From NCBI GenBank assembly GCA_004764695.1, contig SMSO01000004.1, positions 1,426,001-1,490,000 of the forward strand: a stretch of 64,000 bases of DNA. The letters run 5' to 3'. The notes beneath the pieces were generated by a model, which saw only the letters and a list, made by a program, of their open reading frames with translations, did not search any database and was not told the origin of the DNA. Position 1 is the stretch's first letter. The number at the start of each line of letters is the position of its first letter. Source of the DNA: Schizochytrium sp. TIO01 (taxonomy: Eukaryota > Protista > Bigyra: Labyrinthulomycetes). The position numbers were made by a program, and so were the translations under genes. Below are positions 1 to 14,800 of the stretch, one piece after another.

Positions 1-3000
1 TTGGAACAATCGTGCTGACTCTGAAAAAATGCCCAGTTTACTGGTGAGCTGTTTCGTTGAGATGAGATGAGATGAGCCAGAGCGAACAATCTATACATGG
101 GTCATGGCCGCCACGGCTCTTCGGAAAACTGGCATCTTATCGAAGAAGCTGGCTTGGCTTGGTGCGAAGCAGAAGAAGGGAATTGTCAGCTTAATTTGCT
201 AGTTCTATTCTCGAAGGAACCCGGCCTGATCAAAAAGAGAGAGCTCTGCAGGATCGAAGAGGACTGTCTCGTGCCTGGTTGCTTGGCACACGCAAAGACA
301 ATATCAATCCACCGCTCCGTCTTTCTGGCGAGCAGGTCGGGTTGCTTGGAGCTCCTGCTGGAACATACATGGCGGTGATGCCACAGCCTCAAATCCCTCC
401 TTCAAGGTGATTCTAGTTCCTCCCTTATTCCCAAGAGCGACGAACAGCAAGCGCCCAGCTAAAAAGTAACCAAACTACAGGCGTAAGCAGCCTCACTGAA
501 GAAGAAGACAGCTTGCGAAGCATGCTTTCGAACGGCACTGGGCTCACAGATCTCTTGCGCCCACTACAGATCAACCCGCAAGTAGAAATTTAGTTTTTTC
601 GTGTGTTCGCTACAGAGCTCTTTGCCCCGGAGCTTTACTACAAGGGTATGACCACTAGGTTCTGCAAAATCGATTGCAAGAACGTAGGTTCGAGGATGTC
701 ATGAAAGAATCGCACACGAAGACTGGTTTGACGTCGAGACTCCTCCACCATCGATCAAGGTTGTCATGACGCACTCACGAGGCGAAGCGAAGAGATCCCT
801 CCAAAGTGCAAAAGGACGACAACTGCTGTCATAGCAACGTCAAACGCAGAACTACTAACCACTGCCTGCTAGGAGAATCAATAGTAAAGATATCACTATA
901 CGTTTTGGTTAGGAATAGCCTAGTGATGTTTTTCGTTTCTAATTTTTTTTTGCTTTTTTACTGTAGCTAGCTGGCTATGTATTAGAATCGTGACACTGTC
1001 AGAGACGTGAAGAAAAGAAACTTGAACACTTTTAAGCGATTCAAGGTGCAGTCGCTGCTCTTTTTTTCTTTTTTCTTTTTTTCTCCTAAAACTTTGCAGA
1101 TGATGGTTGAGCGTCATCATCCATACGGAACCCCTAAAGCGGAGCGATCACTGCAGTCAGTAACCGGTTGCGGGCACTCTTTTTATTTTGAATGATACAT
1201 TTTTATTTATTTTTTTCAACATTCTATTCATGATACTAAAAACAATTTATTTAATTTAAAAACTAATTTAAAGTGATTTAAAAATCTACTCAAGGCAGTG
1301 AAGCACATATTTCCCTCTGCTCGCAACTATTACTGAGATCGTAATAGTGCAGCCGGTTTGTTTGAAAGCGCTCTCTTTAGAATGTTGCATTATGTTTTCT
1401 TCTATCAACTCTCTGAAAACGGGCATCATCTTGTAAAGTTTTCATTTGTTTCGATGAAAACCCATGACTTCCGAGATATTCAAGACTCCGGTGCTCCAGG
1501 AGGTGGAAACCGCAAAATTCATGAGCTTGGTCAGAAGCCCCTGCCCCCTCTTGGACTTCTGAGCCGGAGCCTCCTGCGAAGGTGGTTCGTTGTTAAGACC
1601 GCTCTACTGTTAGAAAGAAGTTGCTCAAGATATAGGAACGCTTCATCAAACTGTTATTCATAGTCATTGTTAAGCCCTAGTTAGAGTCGAAGAAGAGACA
1701 TTTTCTTTCGTTTGGGTTTGTTTCTTCAGTTTTGCCAAAATGAGAAATTCTATTTTCAACATCTCAAATGAGCACCGGAAAGAGGGCAATACAAATTTAG
1801 GTGTCATGAGAATCTTGTATACAACTGGTTCATCGGGGAAGCGTGTTAGATTTTCGTTGAGACTCGACGATTTGACGACTTTCAAAGAAGAGATACTGAT
1901 GTTAAACTTAACAGTCAGGTTTTCGCATGATTTAAAGCTTCAGCATTCCTTCGGGGAGGCTATGGACGAGCCAATTTTCGTCGCCAACTTAAGTTGGGTC
2001 GAGCAACCATCCATCTCCTTCTCTAATATTGTTGCCAGAGGCTTCCGCGGTTGTAGATTCTGGGATGCACGGAATTGTTTCTACAAGAAAGAATCATGGC
2101 AGAACACCAAAGTTTCTCACTTCATCCTGGAATCCTCATGACACGTGACAGATCACGATTCAAGAAGGCAGAGAGTCGCGACTCCCTCTGGCTCCAACAT
2201 TGCTTCTGCTGGAACGAGTCTAGCAAATTTACAAGCAAACGAGCGTGCAGAATCAGCTCCTGTTTGCTACCGGCTCCGAGCGATGTTTGTGCCTGACAAT
2301 AAGCTGCTACCCGGCACATGAGTTTGCCAGTGGACACCATGTCCAAATTACTGCTCTAGGGAGACGCCAGGGAGCTGGGAATGTTCCTTTGATTGATTTT
2401 TCAATCTTTTTTTTTAAAGGCTCTTAGAACTTACTACGCCCGATATCAAACTTGTCGTCTGGCTAGCAGAAATAAATTGCTCAAGTTGCTGGCGAAACGA
2501 TTCAGCGAAGAGGGCTCTCCATCTTGGCTCTGAATTCACGACCGCTTCTTTAAAGTTTGATCTTTATAAATACGTAGTACTTGATTAAGACGTTTTATTA
2601 ATAAGCCGGCTTTTTAATAACTTTCAGATTCTCTCTCCTTTTTTTTTCATCTTCCTTTTTGTTATATATATATTTTTTAATAGAATAAATTTAGGTACCC
2701 TATCCAGTACCTAAATAGAAGCTACTTAGCTAGGTATGACAAAACTTTACGATTGTTTGTTTTTATATAATATATAAAATGTCTTTTGTTATAGAAGACA
2801 TTATGATATCACTGGTTAGTAGTAGGACTAAATTTTTTTTCGAACGTAGATTAGTTTGGCAAATAATTTGTGGGGGGTGGCTTGATTATTTACTGCCCAC
2901 TTTTAAGTATTTAGGTATACTACTGCCGATGGCTGCTAAATGATAATGTGACAAAGTTTGAGCAAGGAGACGCTCTGATTTTCTTCGTAAATCGTCATCA

Positions 3001-6000
3001 TTGAGAGGATGTAACATCTACTGACGCATCAAGTATTTCCACTAGGTCTGCGTTGATGAAAAGATACTATGCATACTCCTCACAAAAATTGCTTCTACTC
3101 CATATAACTACTTCGCACGAACACCAGCGAGCAAAAACAAACAGCGCGAACAAGAAATATGTCTAACAATTTCGAATTGTAGACGAACAGTTTATGCGAA
3201 TAGAGCTGGCACTGTTTGACAAGGTTAAACAAAAGGCACTATTGCTTTGAATGCCGGGAGTCTTCGAGTGTCTTGGAATTCCCAAAGTCAGGCCGGCTCT
3301 GATTGGGCTCTGATACGGTTGACAAATATGGGTGCAATGAGAGGATGGACCTTCCTAGTCCAATAAAAGTTAGTTCGACCCATTTTCATAAGTTCCTCTT
3401 CGCTTGGCATCAAGAGTGCAGCAGTAACGTGCAATAAGCTCATATTTCCAAATCCAAGCAATCCTTATATAACAATAAGGATTTTCAAGATTGGTCATTA
3501 GCTTAAACCTCTGACAGATTTTTCCAAACTCTGAAGTTCGCAATACTATAGGGAACCATTGAACATAAATGCTGAGCAGCTTTTGTGTTTTTGTGTCGCA
3601 ACTGCAATCATCACCTTGAGTCCCTCGAGTCTTGTGTTTTGTTTTTAATATAATAAAAGTTAGTATCTGATTGAGCGAGAGAAAGGTGCCTTTCGAAAAT
3701 TAACTAATGATTATAGAAAGTAGGGTGCTATTGTTTTAGCCACAAAATTTCAATCTCTTCAGACATTTTGTTCCTCGTCTCAAGAATGCAAGGACTCCCG
3801 AACAACACTGAACTCTAAGATTTCCATCCCTCAACATAGTTGCACCAGAGTTAACCTTGTAAGTTTCCATAAAATCTGACTCTTCAGAGCGGCACCTCTC
3901 TTACTCTACACGCCCTGTAGTGAGTTCAACATATGTGAAAAATATGGTTTATATTTTTCATACAAATTCTTGGTCCTGACCCAGTTTTTATTGAGGCTGG
4001 CTTGGAAAATGAAGAAAACTTTTTACCAACAAGACAAACTCAAAACCGTTCATACAGATGCGAGCAGGAGCTGATAATTTGCTAAAGTTTGAAGTTCAAG
4101 GTTTGCTTCTTTGCTAGCACTAACTTAAGCTTAACTGTCCTACAAGAAGTAATATTCAAACCTAAATATATCTTTTGAGATCTGTCTATCTGATAGCGTT
4201 GTGGGGAAAGCCACTACACGACATCTTTCAACTTGTGTGCTAAGTATTATCCGGGCCGTTACAATTTACATAGCTATGTCCAGAGTCTTTTTAGTAAACC
4301 TTCATTTGAAGCAACAGGCGCACAATGTTTTGATGGAGTTAGTGGCGGGCTACTACTGTAAGTCTTCAAGAATTCTGACATTGATAAAACTAAAAATAGA
4401 CGACCAGATATTGAAGCATGCTTGCGAAGCCAAGGGACTTGATACGAGAAAGTTTGTAGATGATATCCATCCAACAGAAGAAGTATGGTGAAATTTCATT
4501 TGATCATTGGAGATAAAACTAAACTAAACTATGCAATTGTATCGAATGCAGATCAGCTCAGTCTTAGTCTTCAAGTTGGTGCATGCATCAACATGAATTA
4601 CAAGCACAGTATATCGATAAATGATCAGGCCAAACTTTGTAATCTTTTCTAAGTGCTCTTCAAGCCTTCTTTTAATACTTTTCTTTCAGCCATCGCGTCA
4701 ATATCTAACTTACCAGATTCGCAGCGTAGGCAGATATTTGTATTATATTATATATATATGTATGTAATATGGGTCGTCTCAATGCTCATTCCTTGTAAAT
4801 TAGCTCGGAAGGATGTTTAAGTCCGTCAATGCATTCTGCTCTTCATATAGGCATTGGTCAGCCTAAAAATTTCCATTTCGAAGTGCAAGTTTAAAAAGGT
4901 TGGTTCTACGAAACACGCGCAGTGAAGTGTCGAAGCAAAACTTTGACTCGATGGATAGGTGTTTAAAGACTTTGAGTGTAAAGAACGCTCGGGGCATGCG
5001 ATTAGCGATAGTGGTCTGTATGGTAACCTTCCAAATGAACATCAAGAGGATATAGTGTCTATATTGTCATATGAAACATGAAAACCTTAGGCATTTTTCG
5101 TTGAAGTATTGAAGCTTAGGTTCATATGCGTGTTGTTCGGACTCGATGAACTGCATCTCATTCAAGAGTGAATTACTCAACTGGTCAATGGAAGATGGCT
5201 CCAATAGATTAAGTTTAATTTTTAATTTCTAAATGTTCAAACTGATCCATCAATGCTCCATATAACGTCTTTCATGAAGGTTGTTTAATCTAAAGATGGT
5301 AATAGGTATAGGTTGTAATGAGAATATCTAATGGTTTTCTTTAGGTGTTGGATCCGCGTATTGCTGAAACTTGCAGACTAATTGGATAGAGAATGACTAA
5401 CAAGAGGAAGGACAACTGTTTGAAATACTTGAAAAAAAAATAGAGTCTTTCTAAACGTAAAATTTTAGAGCTGGCTATCAGTGGACCCAGGGGATTATAC
5501 AACGTAGAGATATTTATAATAATTTAGAAAAACAACAACCGTCAGTTTATGTATCTCTGATTCATTCTATGTATCCAGAAGTTATACCTTTTTGCCAAAG
5601 AATCTAGCGATGTCTTGTCCAAATGGTGCTTTTCTTGGTGATGTCAACACGAACGGATTTGAAAAGAAGGGAATCTCACATGAAATTTCATCCCAACAAT
5701 ACAACACATCCGCTGTGGCTCAATTTTCACGTCTGACGATCAGCCAGACTCTTTAAAACTTCTGACAGGTACCTCGAAGTCTGTGGTAAGTTTATTGGAA
5801 TTGTCTACAAAGCTATGTCCATTACCTCTTTCAGAAAGAATAGTCTCTGAAAGCATGCGAAATGAACAAACAAAAGTTTAAAAAGGTTCTGATTCTGCTG
5901 AGTAAGGTTTGCAGGTTCGGTAGATTACTAGAGTCAGCGAAGTTCGGTCTTTCGAGGGCTTCGTGAATAGTTAGTTCTTTAGAGGCTTTCGATAAGATGG

Positions 6001-6879
6001 GTCAAAGCGTAAACTAAATTCCAAGCTTGATTTTGAGATAGCAGGTTGAGACATAGCAAGTTTTAAGAAAACCGGAAGTTACTGCTGTTTTGTGATACAG
6101 CATCGAATCGTTCATAAGTAGCTGCACATTTCGTAGTAGTTGGCTGTGCAGGTGATCAGTAGGCATGGTTTTCTCGAATCCGGTACCATAGTCGGCTGTT
6201 TCATCTAAGCTATAATGTGACAGGTTTTCTAAAGACTGGAGTTAGGTTGATACCGCATGAGCATTAAATTCATAGGATCCATGAAAACTATACACTGGTT
6301 AATTACAGAAAAGGTTTTCTTTTTATTTATTTTTTATAAAGCATCTTGCTGTTTCATACAAATAGGAAAAGTCAATGTTAGGGACTATTTATCACAGGAC
6401 TTTATACTCATTGAAATAATTTCAAAGTGTAGCGTAGTTCATTCATAATTACTGTACTGGCAAGACTTTCAAGAAGTCCATATAGCAATTCATAATGATA
6501 TGACTATCCTCCCAATATTTCACTAAAAGAATCGTGTGCCCAAATCAGGAAGGCGGGATATTAGTAGAGTTCTCGGTTGTTGTGTCTTTTGCAGTCGTGG
6601 CGCGATACATAACTGATAAGTCTGCTTCAAGTATGGGATTAGATACGCCCATATTTAGTAGCATTTATTGCCAGAAAAGTCCCCCCGCGCTAGTGAGCAC
6701 CGATGGCGGCATGTGTACATCAAAGCAGACACAACTGAGGCTCTTAGTATGAGGCTTTGGAGTAAAACGAAGGCAAAATGGGACTTTTGTGTGTATCTCA
6801 ACCATATTTCATAGGTGACCACGAGTACAACAGCATATTTTCACAGTACTGAATATCTTAATTCCTCATGTAACCTGTC

Positions 6880-8241
6880 TTAACTGAAAGACTCCAGGTA
6901 GCTCTCGCGCACACAGCTAAATGGAACGGTGCCAGTGTCAGCAAAATCAGCTTTGAGAGAAATCACGTTTGCGGCAGTACCAACGGTGAGAAGAGCTGTA
7001 GCATAAATGAGAATTGCCCACAGCACAATAGTTTCGAGAATGCCGATTTTCTCTCCAAGCTTCTTCTTCGCGAGATAGTGGAAGATAATCGGAACGTGAA
7101 AACCAAGGATCGGCCCAAAGACGGATCCGAGAAGGGAAACTAGACTGTCAAAGAAGTACACACCGTTTGAAATGACGTATGCAAAGATGAGAGTGATAAG
7201 CGAGAGAAGAAACCAAATTGTACGGCCCTTCCAGCCATAGTCGTGCACAGTGCTCGGAGAGATGATATCATGCATACTACGCTGGAACACCAAGGCCTGA
7301 ATGAAATAAGAAACCATCAGATGGAATACGAGACATGCCGCTGCGGCTGAAAGGAGCCCACCGTAGGTGTTGGGGTCAACCTCCTTGATAATCGAATCAC
7401 TAGCACCAGTACCGCTGTACGTATATGAAACGATACCGACCAAAAGGTAAAGGCCAACTTGCACCGGGGCACTGACATAGAATGTCTTGGGGAAATCCTT
7501 GGCCTCTTTCATCTCCGACATCATTTCAAGGAACATAGAGCAACCGGAGTAGGCAAAAGTAATCGTAGACAAAGCGTTAAAGAAGTCAATCCAGCCCATG
7601 GATTCAGGTGGACCAGCCGAGATAGTGTCGATACCGGGGGCCTCCTTAATGTTAATCCAAATGTAGATTAGAACCAAGAAAATTGCGACCATAATGAGAC
7701 CAAAGTTAATCCAGAAAACCATCATAGCGCCAGTAAAAGTACGGATCTGTACAGGAATAATGAGTGCACCAAAGGCGATGACACCCCAAAGGGGCTGGCA
7801 GAGTTCTACACCCCAAAATGCAATCTCCAAGGTTTGCGTGAGAGCGAGAAAGTACGAGGCAGCGATGAAGATGAAGTAGATGTATGTGATTGCACGAATG
7901 AAGATAGATGCCCACATATAGAGAGCCATGTCTGAGAGGATAGCATAAGAATTAGCTCCTGGAAAGGCCTGGTAAGAACGGCAGAGTAAAACACCCATGT
8001 AAATATTGACAGGACCAAGAATTCCAATCAGGATGATGGCTAGCACATACCCGAGCTGCGCGAAGGCAAGACCCATTGTAAGAACACCAACACCAACAAT
8101 TTCGCCGATCTCAATCATACCAACGGTACGCCAGCTGAGATTTTTTGGGTGATCATCGCTGGAGACGCTATCTGCCGGGCCGCTGATGCTAGACTCCTGC
8201 TTTGGGCCCACATTGATTTTGTGGTCCTCTGATTCGAGCAT
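6880..8241 (-). CDS. Amino acid/auxin permease (AAAP, Aa_trans family) transporter, 453 aa
   Basis: ATG-initiated ORF with ~11 hydrophobic segments. Family motifs include 'IGEIVGVGVLTMGLAFAQLG' (TM1) and 'ALSTITFAYSGCSMFLEMMSEMKEAKDFPK'. Confidence 0.92.
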   Translation of the reverse strand: MLESEDHKINVGPKQESSISGPADSVSSDDHPKNLSWRTVGMIEIGEIVGVGVLTMGLAFAQLGYVLAIILIGILGPVNIYMGVLLCRSYQAFPGANSYAILSDMALYMWASIFIRAITYIYFIFIAASYFLALTQTLEIAFWGVELCQPLWGVIAFGALIIPVQIRTFTGAMMVFWINFGLIMVAIFLVLIYIWINIKEAPGIDTISAGPPESMGWIDFFNALSTITFAYSGCSMFLEMMSEMKEAKDFPKTFYVSAPVQVGLYLLVGIVSYTYSGTGASDSIIKEVDPNTYGGLLSAAAACLVFHLMVSYFIQALVFQRSMHDIISPSTVHDYGWKGRTIWFLLSLITLIFAYVISNGVYFFDSLVSLLGSVFGPILGFHVPIIFHYLAKKKLGEKIGILETIVLWAILIYATALLTVGTAANVISLKADFADTGTVPFSCVRESYLESFS

Positions 8242-11200
8242 GGTGCCTCACAGGATTCAATACTCAAGGCTATGCTGAGCGATTTGAATGAAGGATAACC
8301 TTTTGTTTTGAACACCGAGCAAAGCAGCAATTGCTACTGTCTTTAGACTGCTGCTGCAGCTTGGATAGGTATTCTCCCCTTCAATCTGAGTTTGGGAATT
8401 GCTGATTACAGACATCGATGCTCCATGCTCAATTTGGTTTCCTCATTTTTTTTCTTTTGAAATGGAAGAACACAACAGTGTAGGGATATCGATAGTGTCG
8501 GCCCTAGCTTAAATTGTTCTTGTTCCCTTTCACTGTCACTAGAGGTAGAAGTCTTTAATTGCTTTGAACAAAGGCCGAAGTGAGTTTCTTTAAATTCACT
8601 AGATTAGCAATAGCAACTCTTAAATAGAGAACTTAAAACTTTACGGCAATAAGTTCCTATAGGCACCTCCTCAGTAACTATTACCTAGTACCATTTCCAT
8701 TTTTTTTTAATTAATTTTTTTTACGAGAGAGGTTTAGAAAGCTGAATGGAAACTACTTCAAGTGAAACAAAGAAGAGCTGACGATACTGCCAAACACTCA
8801 CTCGATTCTACAATAATGCAATCAATTGCATTAACTAAATTCTTCGATGGCGTTTCTCTGTGACGATTCCTCTCGAAACGACATGGATGCATTCAGTATC
8901 TGACGAACTGGAAGGAATGTCTTACAAATTAAAACTAAAATCCAAAGACTCCAGGTCTGATTCATTCATTACACATTGCAGTGGAAAGCACCCCTTATGA
9001 GTTGTAACCTAAGGACTCCAACTCAGATTCACTACATAGTTAGCTTTAAATCCAACAACAAAATGGAATAAAAAATTGATCTGTATTACCTAGACCTCGG
9101 TGTTTGGCTGTAGAGCCGCGAGCAAACTCGAACAGTTTATTCAGTATCCTTATGTAACCTTACCAATCGTAGTGTTCTTCTTGCAAGGTCTTCCGGGTGA
9201 GCAGCCGGCCGCTGGTCGGACGCATCAAATGCATTCAGGGATGGTCTCGACTTACTGAGAGCTATGATGTAAAGAAGATATAACTTAGGCATTTCCTAAA
9301 AGCTAAGGGGGCTGGAGACCAGACAGCTTTTACGGAGCTTGCCAACGCTTTAAATACTTTTGTCAGGATAGTTTGCTGACTCTGATGCCTTATTCGTTAC
9401 GACTTTTTCTCTTTAAACCTTTTTTTTTTTTAATTTATAAAGATTGTTATTTGGGAGGGAATTAACCAAAAAGAGAAAAGAAAATTCCCCTCTGGATAGA
9501 ATATACTGAGACGTTACCTATGAATATTGGGTTGCAGTGTTCTGCAAAGAACTTGCAAAACCCTTGCAAAACTGAGGATGGACTCCACCAACCAACTAGA
9601 ATTCGAGACGAATATTGCTGATGGCTGCTCGCGTCTGTTCGCGCCGTGAGCCGGCTTAAATGACAATCGCGTTGACGGCTTCAAGCATGCTTTTACAGAC
9701 TTCTTTCTCCTTGACTCAGTTTTGCAGATAGTGACTGTACAAGCAAAACGAAAGAAATGTTAAATTTACTAATTAGCCAAAGCTGCGTCATTGCTTCAAT
9801 TCTTCTTCAGGACCTTCGATGGCAAAGGAATGCGATAACAAACAAAGGAGCGGATTGAAGGCTTCGCGGAGTGGTTGTTTGCATATACCCAAGCGGAAAT
9901 AGAGCCTGTCAGACGAGCAGATTACCTTTGATTTCGCTCAACTCTGTGCAAACAGAATTTCAACTTGAGCAACCCATTACTTTTTACCATTAAGTTTTCA
10001 AAGCAGTGTCTAAAAACTTCAATCATTTTTGTAATTAAAAGGAAACTCGTATGTCGTCGATGCTTCAGTAGTGTAAATGAAGTTTTGATGCCATCGAGAC
10101 GGCAAGCTTTGCAAGGTAGCATCATTCGGTCACTCTTTCAAGGAAAACCGAAGCGTCAATCAGTAGCTCTTGCTTTGAACTAAATGCTCGCAACTATGAT
10201 GAGGGAACTTAACGAAGGAGATGCCCTTCCTCCTAAAACTCCTTCTATGTTCTGGGTCCTCGCCGAGTCCTCTTAATTATTCGCAAGTCTGATAAAGCTT
10301 CAAGCGAAACGCCCTGCCAGTTTTGCCAGTTTGCGTTACCGCAGGCGAGCGAGCTCGTGTTCCCTAAACCGCAACATCTGTCACCATCATCGTCTGCCCA
10401 TCTCGGCAGGACATCTACCCATAGCAGCAAAGAAAACACACAGAGCTGCGTCACGACTACCCATCATGATCCAAAGACTGCATCGTATGCCCATCCACCC
10501 ATCCATCCATACCAGCTAGCTACCTAGCTAGCACCACGGCGAGAAGTAACAGTATCATGTAATGTCTCCTGTGCTTTCCTCACTTCAAACCTCAAATCCT
10601 CCTCTCCCTAGCGTTCTCGATAGCAAAAGGACACCTGATATGTGTCAGCTTATGGCACGACTTGGAGGTTTACTGCATTCTTTTGGAATAAGGCCGTGAT
10701 GTGGTACTTAGTTCTACTCTGCGCATCCACTTTATAGAAGAAGTTCTTAGACGGAGCTGTCGCCAGAAGCCACGCAAGCGCAAGTGCCAAAGTTGGGCTC
10801 GGGCCGAAGTGGATGAATGAGACCGCAGGCTCTGCTGATGAAAACCTTTTCTTCAGGCCGGCGGGGATTGTGGAGTAATGGTTTCAAACGCGCCTGCCTC
10901 AGTTTCTAACTCGGCGTCTTGACCCGTGCTCTTGGCGGCCACACGTATTGTATTGACATAGAGTACAACTAATTTTCATTCATGTATATATATATTTTTT
11001 TAAACTAAAATTGATGAAAAATAAAAGCAATTTTTTTAATGTTTTCTCTGGTTTTTTCATTTACGAACTCCTGATCAAAATGTATGTATTCATATATACT
11101 TGTGGAGATCAACCTTGGGCAATGTAGCATCCCCAACCTCGAGTCGAGGCGCATATTCGGGCTGGCTTGGTTTGCTGCATGATCCGCCAAAACAAAGACC

Positions 11201-11694
11201 TGCCGCTACTACTAGCTAGCTACAGCTCGGCAGAGACAGAGCCAAGCACGAGCACTAAACGAAAAGTAGGCAGCACCTTCCGAGTACCTACTGGTTCGAC
11301 CTGTAAAGGCGATCTTCCAGCTTATGCGAATCCTCGCTGGGTTGTCGAGAATCGGAAATGGGCATCGAAACATTCATAGGCGAGTTGCGCATAGCTTAGA
11401 GCTGAGCTATCTGACTGAGGCTGCTCATCCTTGGCGCTGATGTTGGCCCGATCGAGTGCAGCTCTTCGAGTTGGACCTGCGTTTGCAAAGCGTGCAATGA
11501 CAGCACTTCGTACCTAGAGCGGACTTCGTGTGCTTGCTTGTGTCGTCCGAGTTCTGGTGGTGGGTTTCTACTGAAAGCTAGTGCAGGAAGGATCCGAGTT
11601 TCTTGCATAGCAGTCGAGCAGTTTTAAGATAAAGCGCCTTTGGCCTATTTAGGTAAAGAGGTAGGCAGCGGTACTCTGCTTGGAGATAGGCGCC

Positions 11695-11810
11695 GCATTG
11701 CATTGCATTACATTGCATTGCATTATATTGCATTGCATTATATTGCATTGCATTATATTGCATTGCATTATATTGCATTGCATTACATTGCATTACATTG
11801 CATTGCATTG
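11695..11810. repeat. (CATTG)n-derived microsatellite with 15-bp higher-order unit CATTATATTGCATTG
   Basis: Directly visible tandem repeat; it produces the spurious ALHYI/MQYNA ORFs. Confidence 0.95.
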
Positions 11811-14800
11811 GAATATATTACGTTATGTCCTCTCTTGATGGGTCATGAACGGAGTCTTGCGAAGGCGAACGAAAACTGCAGAACTAGGGCCGTGAAGGGA
11901 ACTTCGATCTATTTTCAGGCTGTATTTGGTGATGCAGCAAAGAATGGAATTCTCAGCTGGCTGGTTCTTGGCCACTCTCATTACCTACGCCTATCATGAG
12001 AAAAGGCACACTCACGAAATGGGATATCAACCCCGGTTCTTGAATTTGACGCGTGATCCCACCATCCTCGAGTGCCTTGAGCTCTCTCTTCGAGTTGACT
12101 CGATCGAGCCAACTCCCTTGTACGACAGAGGAATGCTGTGCAACTGACCGCTTCGCCTGAGGCTTGAGAGGAATTTGCGACGGGCCAAAGGTCATAAGTA
12201 ATTCGGTGCGCACAACTCGCTTTGCAAGAAAACTTTAATCACTTCTCAAGAACTTGACTGCTTCCGTTAGCAACGAGAGAGCTGGCGCGCTGCAAGACAC
12301 CATCATACCTCAGGCTGTCTGTTGGTGGCAAGCTTCGCAAACTTGGCGAGCTTCTCGAGGGCTTCCCATGGTATCGTCTGAAGAAAGTTGACGACGGCCC
12401 TCGGCTCTTTCATAGTTAGACTTTAGCCAGGGCTATCGCTAGAGCTTCCTTCGAAGTGGCTGGTAGCACTGTTTGCAAAGTCGCATCTTTGCTTCGCAAA
12501 ACTGGAGTGGAGATCAGCTTTATCTCTCTTCTACGAGTCCTCGTTTAGGAAACTTAGCTCGCGGGCGTTTCTCTAATATTAGTTACTAGATGCTTTGCCC
12601 AATAAAAGCAATTGAGCCATCGCATGTTTTGTTGCTGCGTATTTTAGCAAGTTTAACCACAGATCACTGAAGCTAATCTGAGATCTGGTTCTTTGACGTG
12701 CTCAACTAAACCGAAGGAGGCGCCTTACAACTATAGACACAGTTGCACGTGTTTTGCAAGTGCTCCTCTTCTGCAACACAACATAAGTCACCATGTTGCG
12801 AAGGCCGATGCAAGAAAATCAGCCACTGCAGCAGCAATTCATTCCTGTTTAGGAAGGGCTCCAATGCGTCAAGACTCGGGGCGAACAAACAATCAAACAA
12901 AGGAAGAAACAAGTGGAGTTGATGACACTAACTATTCACATTAGAAGTAGTCTTCAATTTGCCAACCATTAAACAGTTGGATCGTGCTCAATTCTGAATA
13001 GAAACCAATACCAGCAACGGCGCGCATCTTAGGTGCCTGCGTGTTCACCCATGTGTTGCCTAGAAGCGGCATGTTTTCTCAGTACTCTAGACACCTAAAG
13101 GACTCTCTGCTGCCTATGATTCCGAAGTTCTGAGCGAAGACCTCCAGCGATAGTATGCATGCTGCGGTCGAGATCCATACAGATCAGGGTTCTTTATTTT
13201 TGGGAAAAGCAAAAGTGAGTTCTTAGAGAGCTCGCTCCATATTATTAGTAGTAGTCTATGCAGACTTTTGGGTGCGGCATCCGCACATCCGCAGGGTGAA
13301 ATCTGACTACTGTGTCTCTGCCAAACACGAGAGCGAGGTTTGAGCGCTACAAAGCCTCCTTTCTCGGGCACACAAGGCATGCAATACCCATAGGAGCACA
13401 AGACCCTCAGAAAGGAATTAGCCAGAGCGTTGCCGTGACGAGCTGCAGTTCAACCGCGTTTCTCTGCACCAACTTTTGGAGCGAGCGGGAGTCGTCCATA
13501 TCTGAATTCCTGGCATCTGAATACCAGGACGGCCTTAGTTGCCCAATGATCCCACGCATAACTAAGGGACAGGCGTCGTAACCCACGATCCCTCGTGGGT
13601 GCTTAAGATGCCTTTGACGAAGACTAGTACGCGGCAGCCGTGAGTGATGACGTGAATTCCGCTGGATCTCAAGGATTCCAAGAAGGTCGCTCGCAAAGCC
13701 ACGCTCCGAATTGGGAAGCATTGCGAACTCACAGAGCCGGGCCACCGAAGGCGCAACTTGAATCGATCTATCATAGTCCTTTTATGTTGCCACTGCTGGC
13801 GAGATGTGATAGAGACACCGACCCGAGGACAGAGCAGCGTGAGATCTTGGTGTCTCTGCAGCATCTCTCGCATACACGCAAAGCGTCGAGCAGAAGGGAG
13901 ACGGAAGCGCACCGAGTAAGAGGGTACAAAAGTGGCATGGCTAGACATAGGAATTCTAGACACAGGCGAAGATCGAGAATTGTTTCCTGCAAAAAGCATG
14001 GTTCGGAAAGGACATGCCAGTCAGCGAAACGCTCATGGGCGGCGCCTAACTGTTAAATACTGACTCGTGATCGTTCAAAGGCTCAATTGAAATATAGAGA
14101 ACGCAGTGTATTGGCGATCAGCCTTCACCATAAGACTTGCTCTTGGCTCAAAGTAGATTATTTTCTTAGTACGGTGCACCTAACAACTGCCAAAGCTTGC
14201 GGAATCACCCGCACGCAGCTATGAAGAGAAGGTTATTATTAGAAGCGATCGGCTTGTGTGAGGCTTTCTTTATACGCTTTCAAGGCATACATTAGCTACA
14301 ATCGCAGGGTCAGGTTCGAAATTGGACGCGAGCCATATGATACACTGAAGACCCTTTCTATATGAAAGCTCCGAGCAGACCAAAAACATCTCCAATAATT
14401 TTAATTTATAAGGCGTGTCTGTTCTGCCTATATTCAGTTACTTCTCTCTCGGCTTTTGATTGTACGTCTTACAAATTAAATGCTCGTTCGCTGTTGGAAT
14501 AAGGAAAAGGATTTTAGTAGCAGCACATCGTGTCAGCTGTAGCTACACAATTGATCCATACGACTTAGGCCATTTATGAAAAAAACAAGAAATGAAAAAC
14601 CATGTTGTGCTGCGCCCTTGATTCAACCTCCGAAGAGCATTTATTAATTGAACCGAGCATCGCTTCATATGTACTGCATTTGGCCAGCCTCAGAGCTGCG
14701 ACATATCAATATTTCGCACACATGAAACAAGGGAACCTGGATTCATCTTAGATCGTATCCTTGGAAAGAAAATATATATATTGAACCGCTCAAGCATCCA

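Noticed and set aside
5041-5280. RNase H-like 'WSIDGSV' motif suggesting a retroelement
   Set aside because: It is immediately followed by stops, another frame reads as more protein-like, and no RT motifs were seen nearby.
11578-11999. ALHYI/MQYNA repeat ORFs
   Set aside because: Translations of the CATTG microsatellite.
14290-14340. GGTTCGAA T-loop-like motif
   Set aside because: No cloverleaf could be folded; no tRNA or rRNA genes were recognised in the window.
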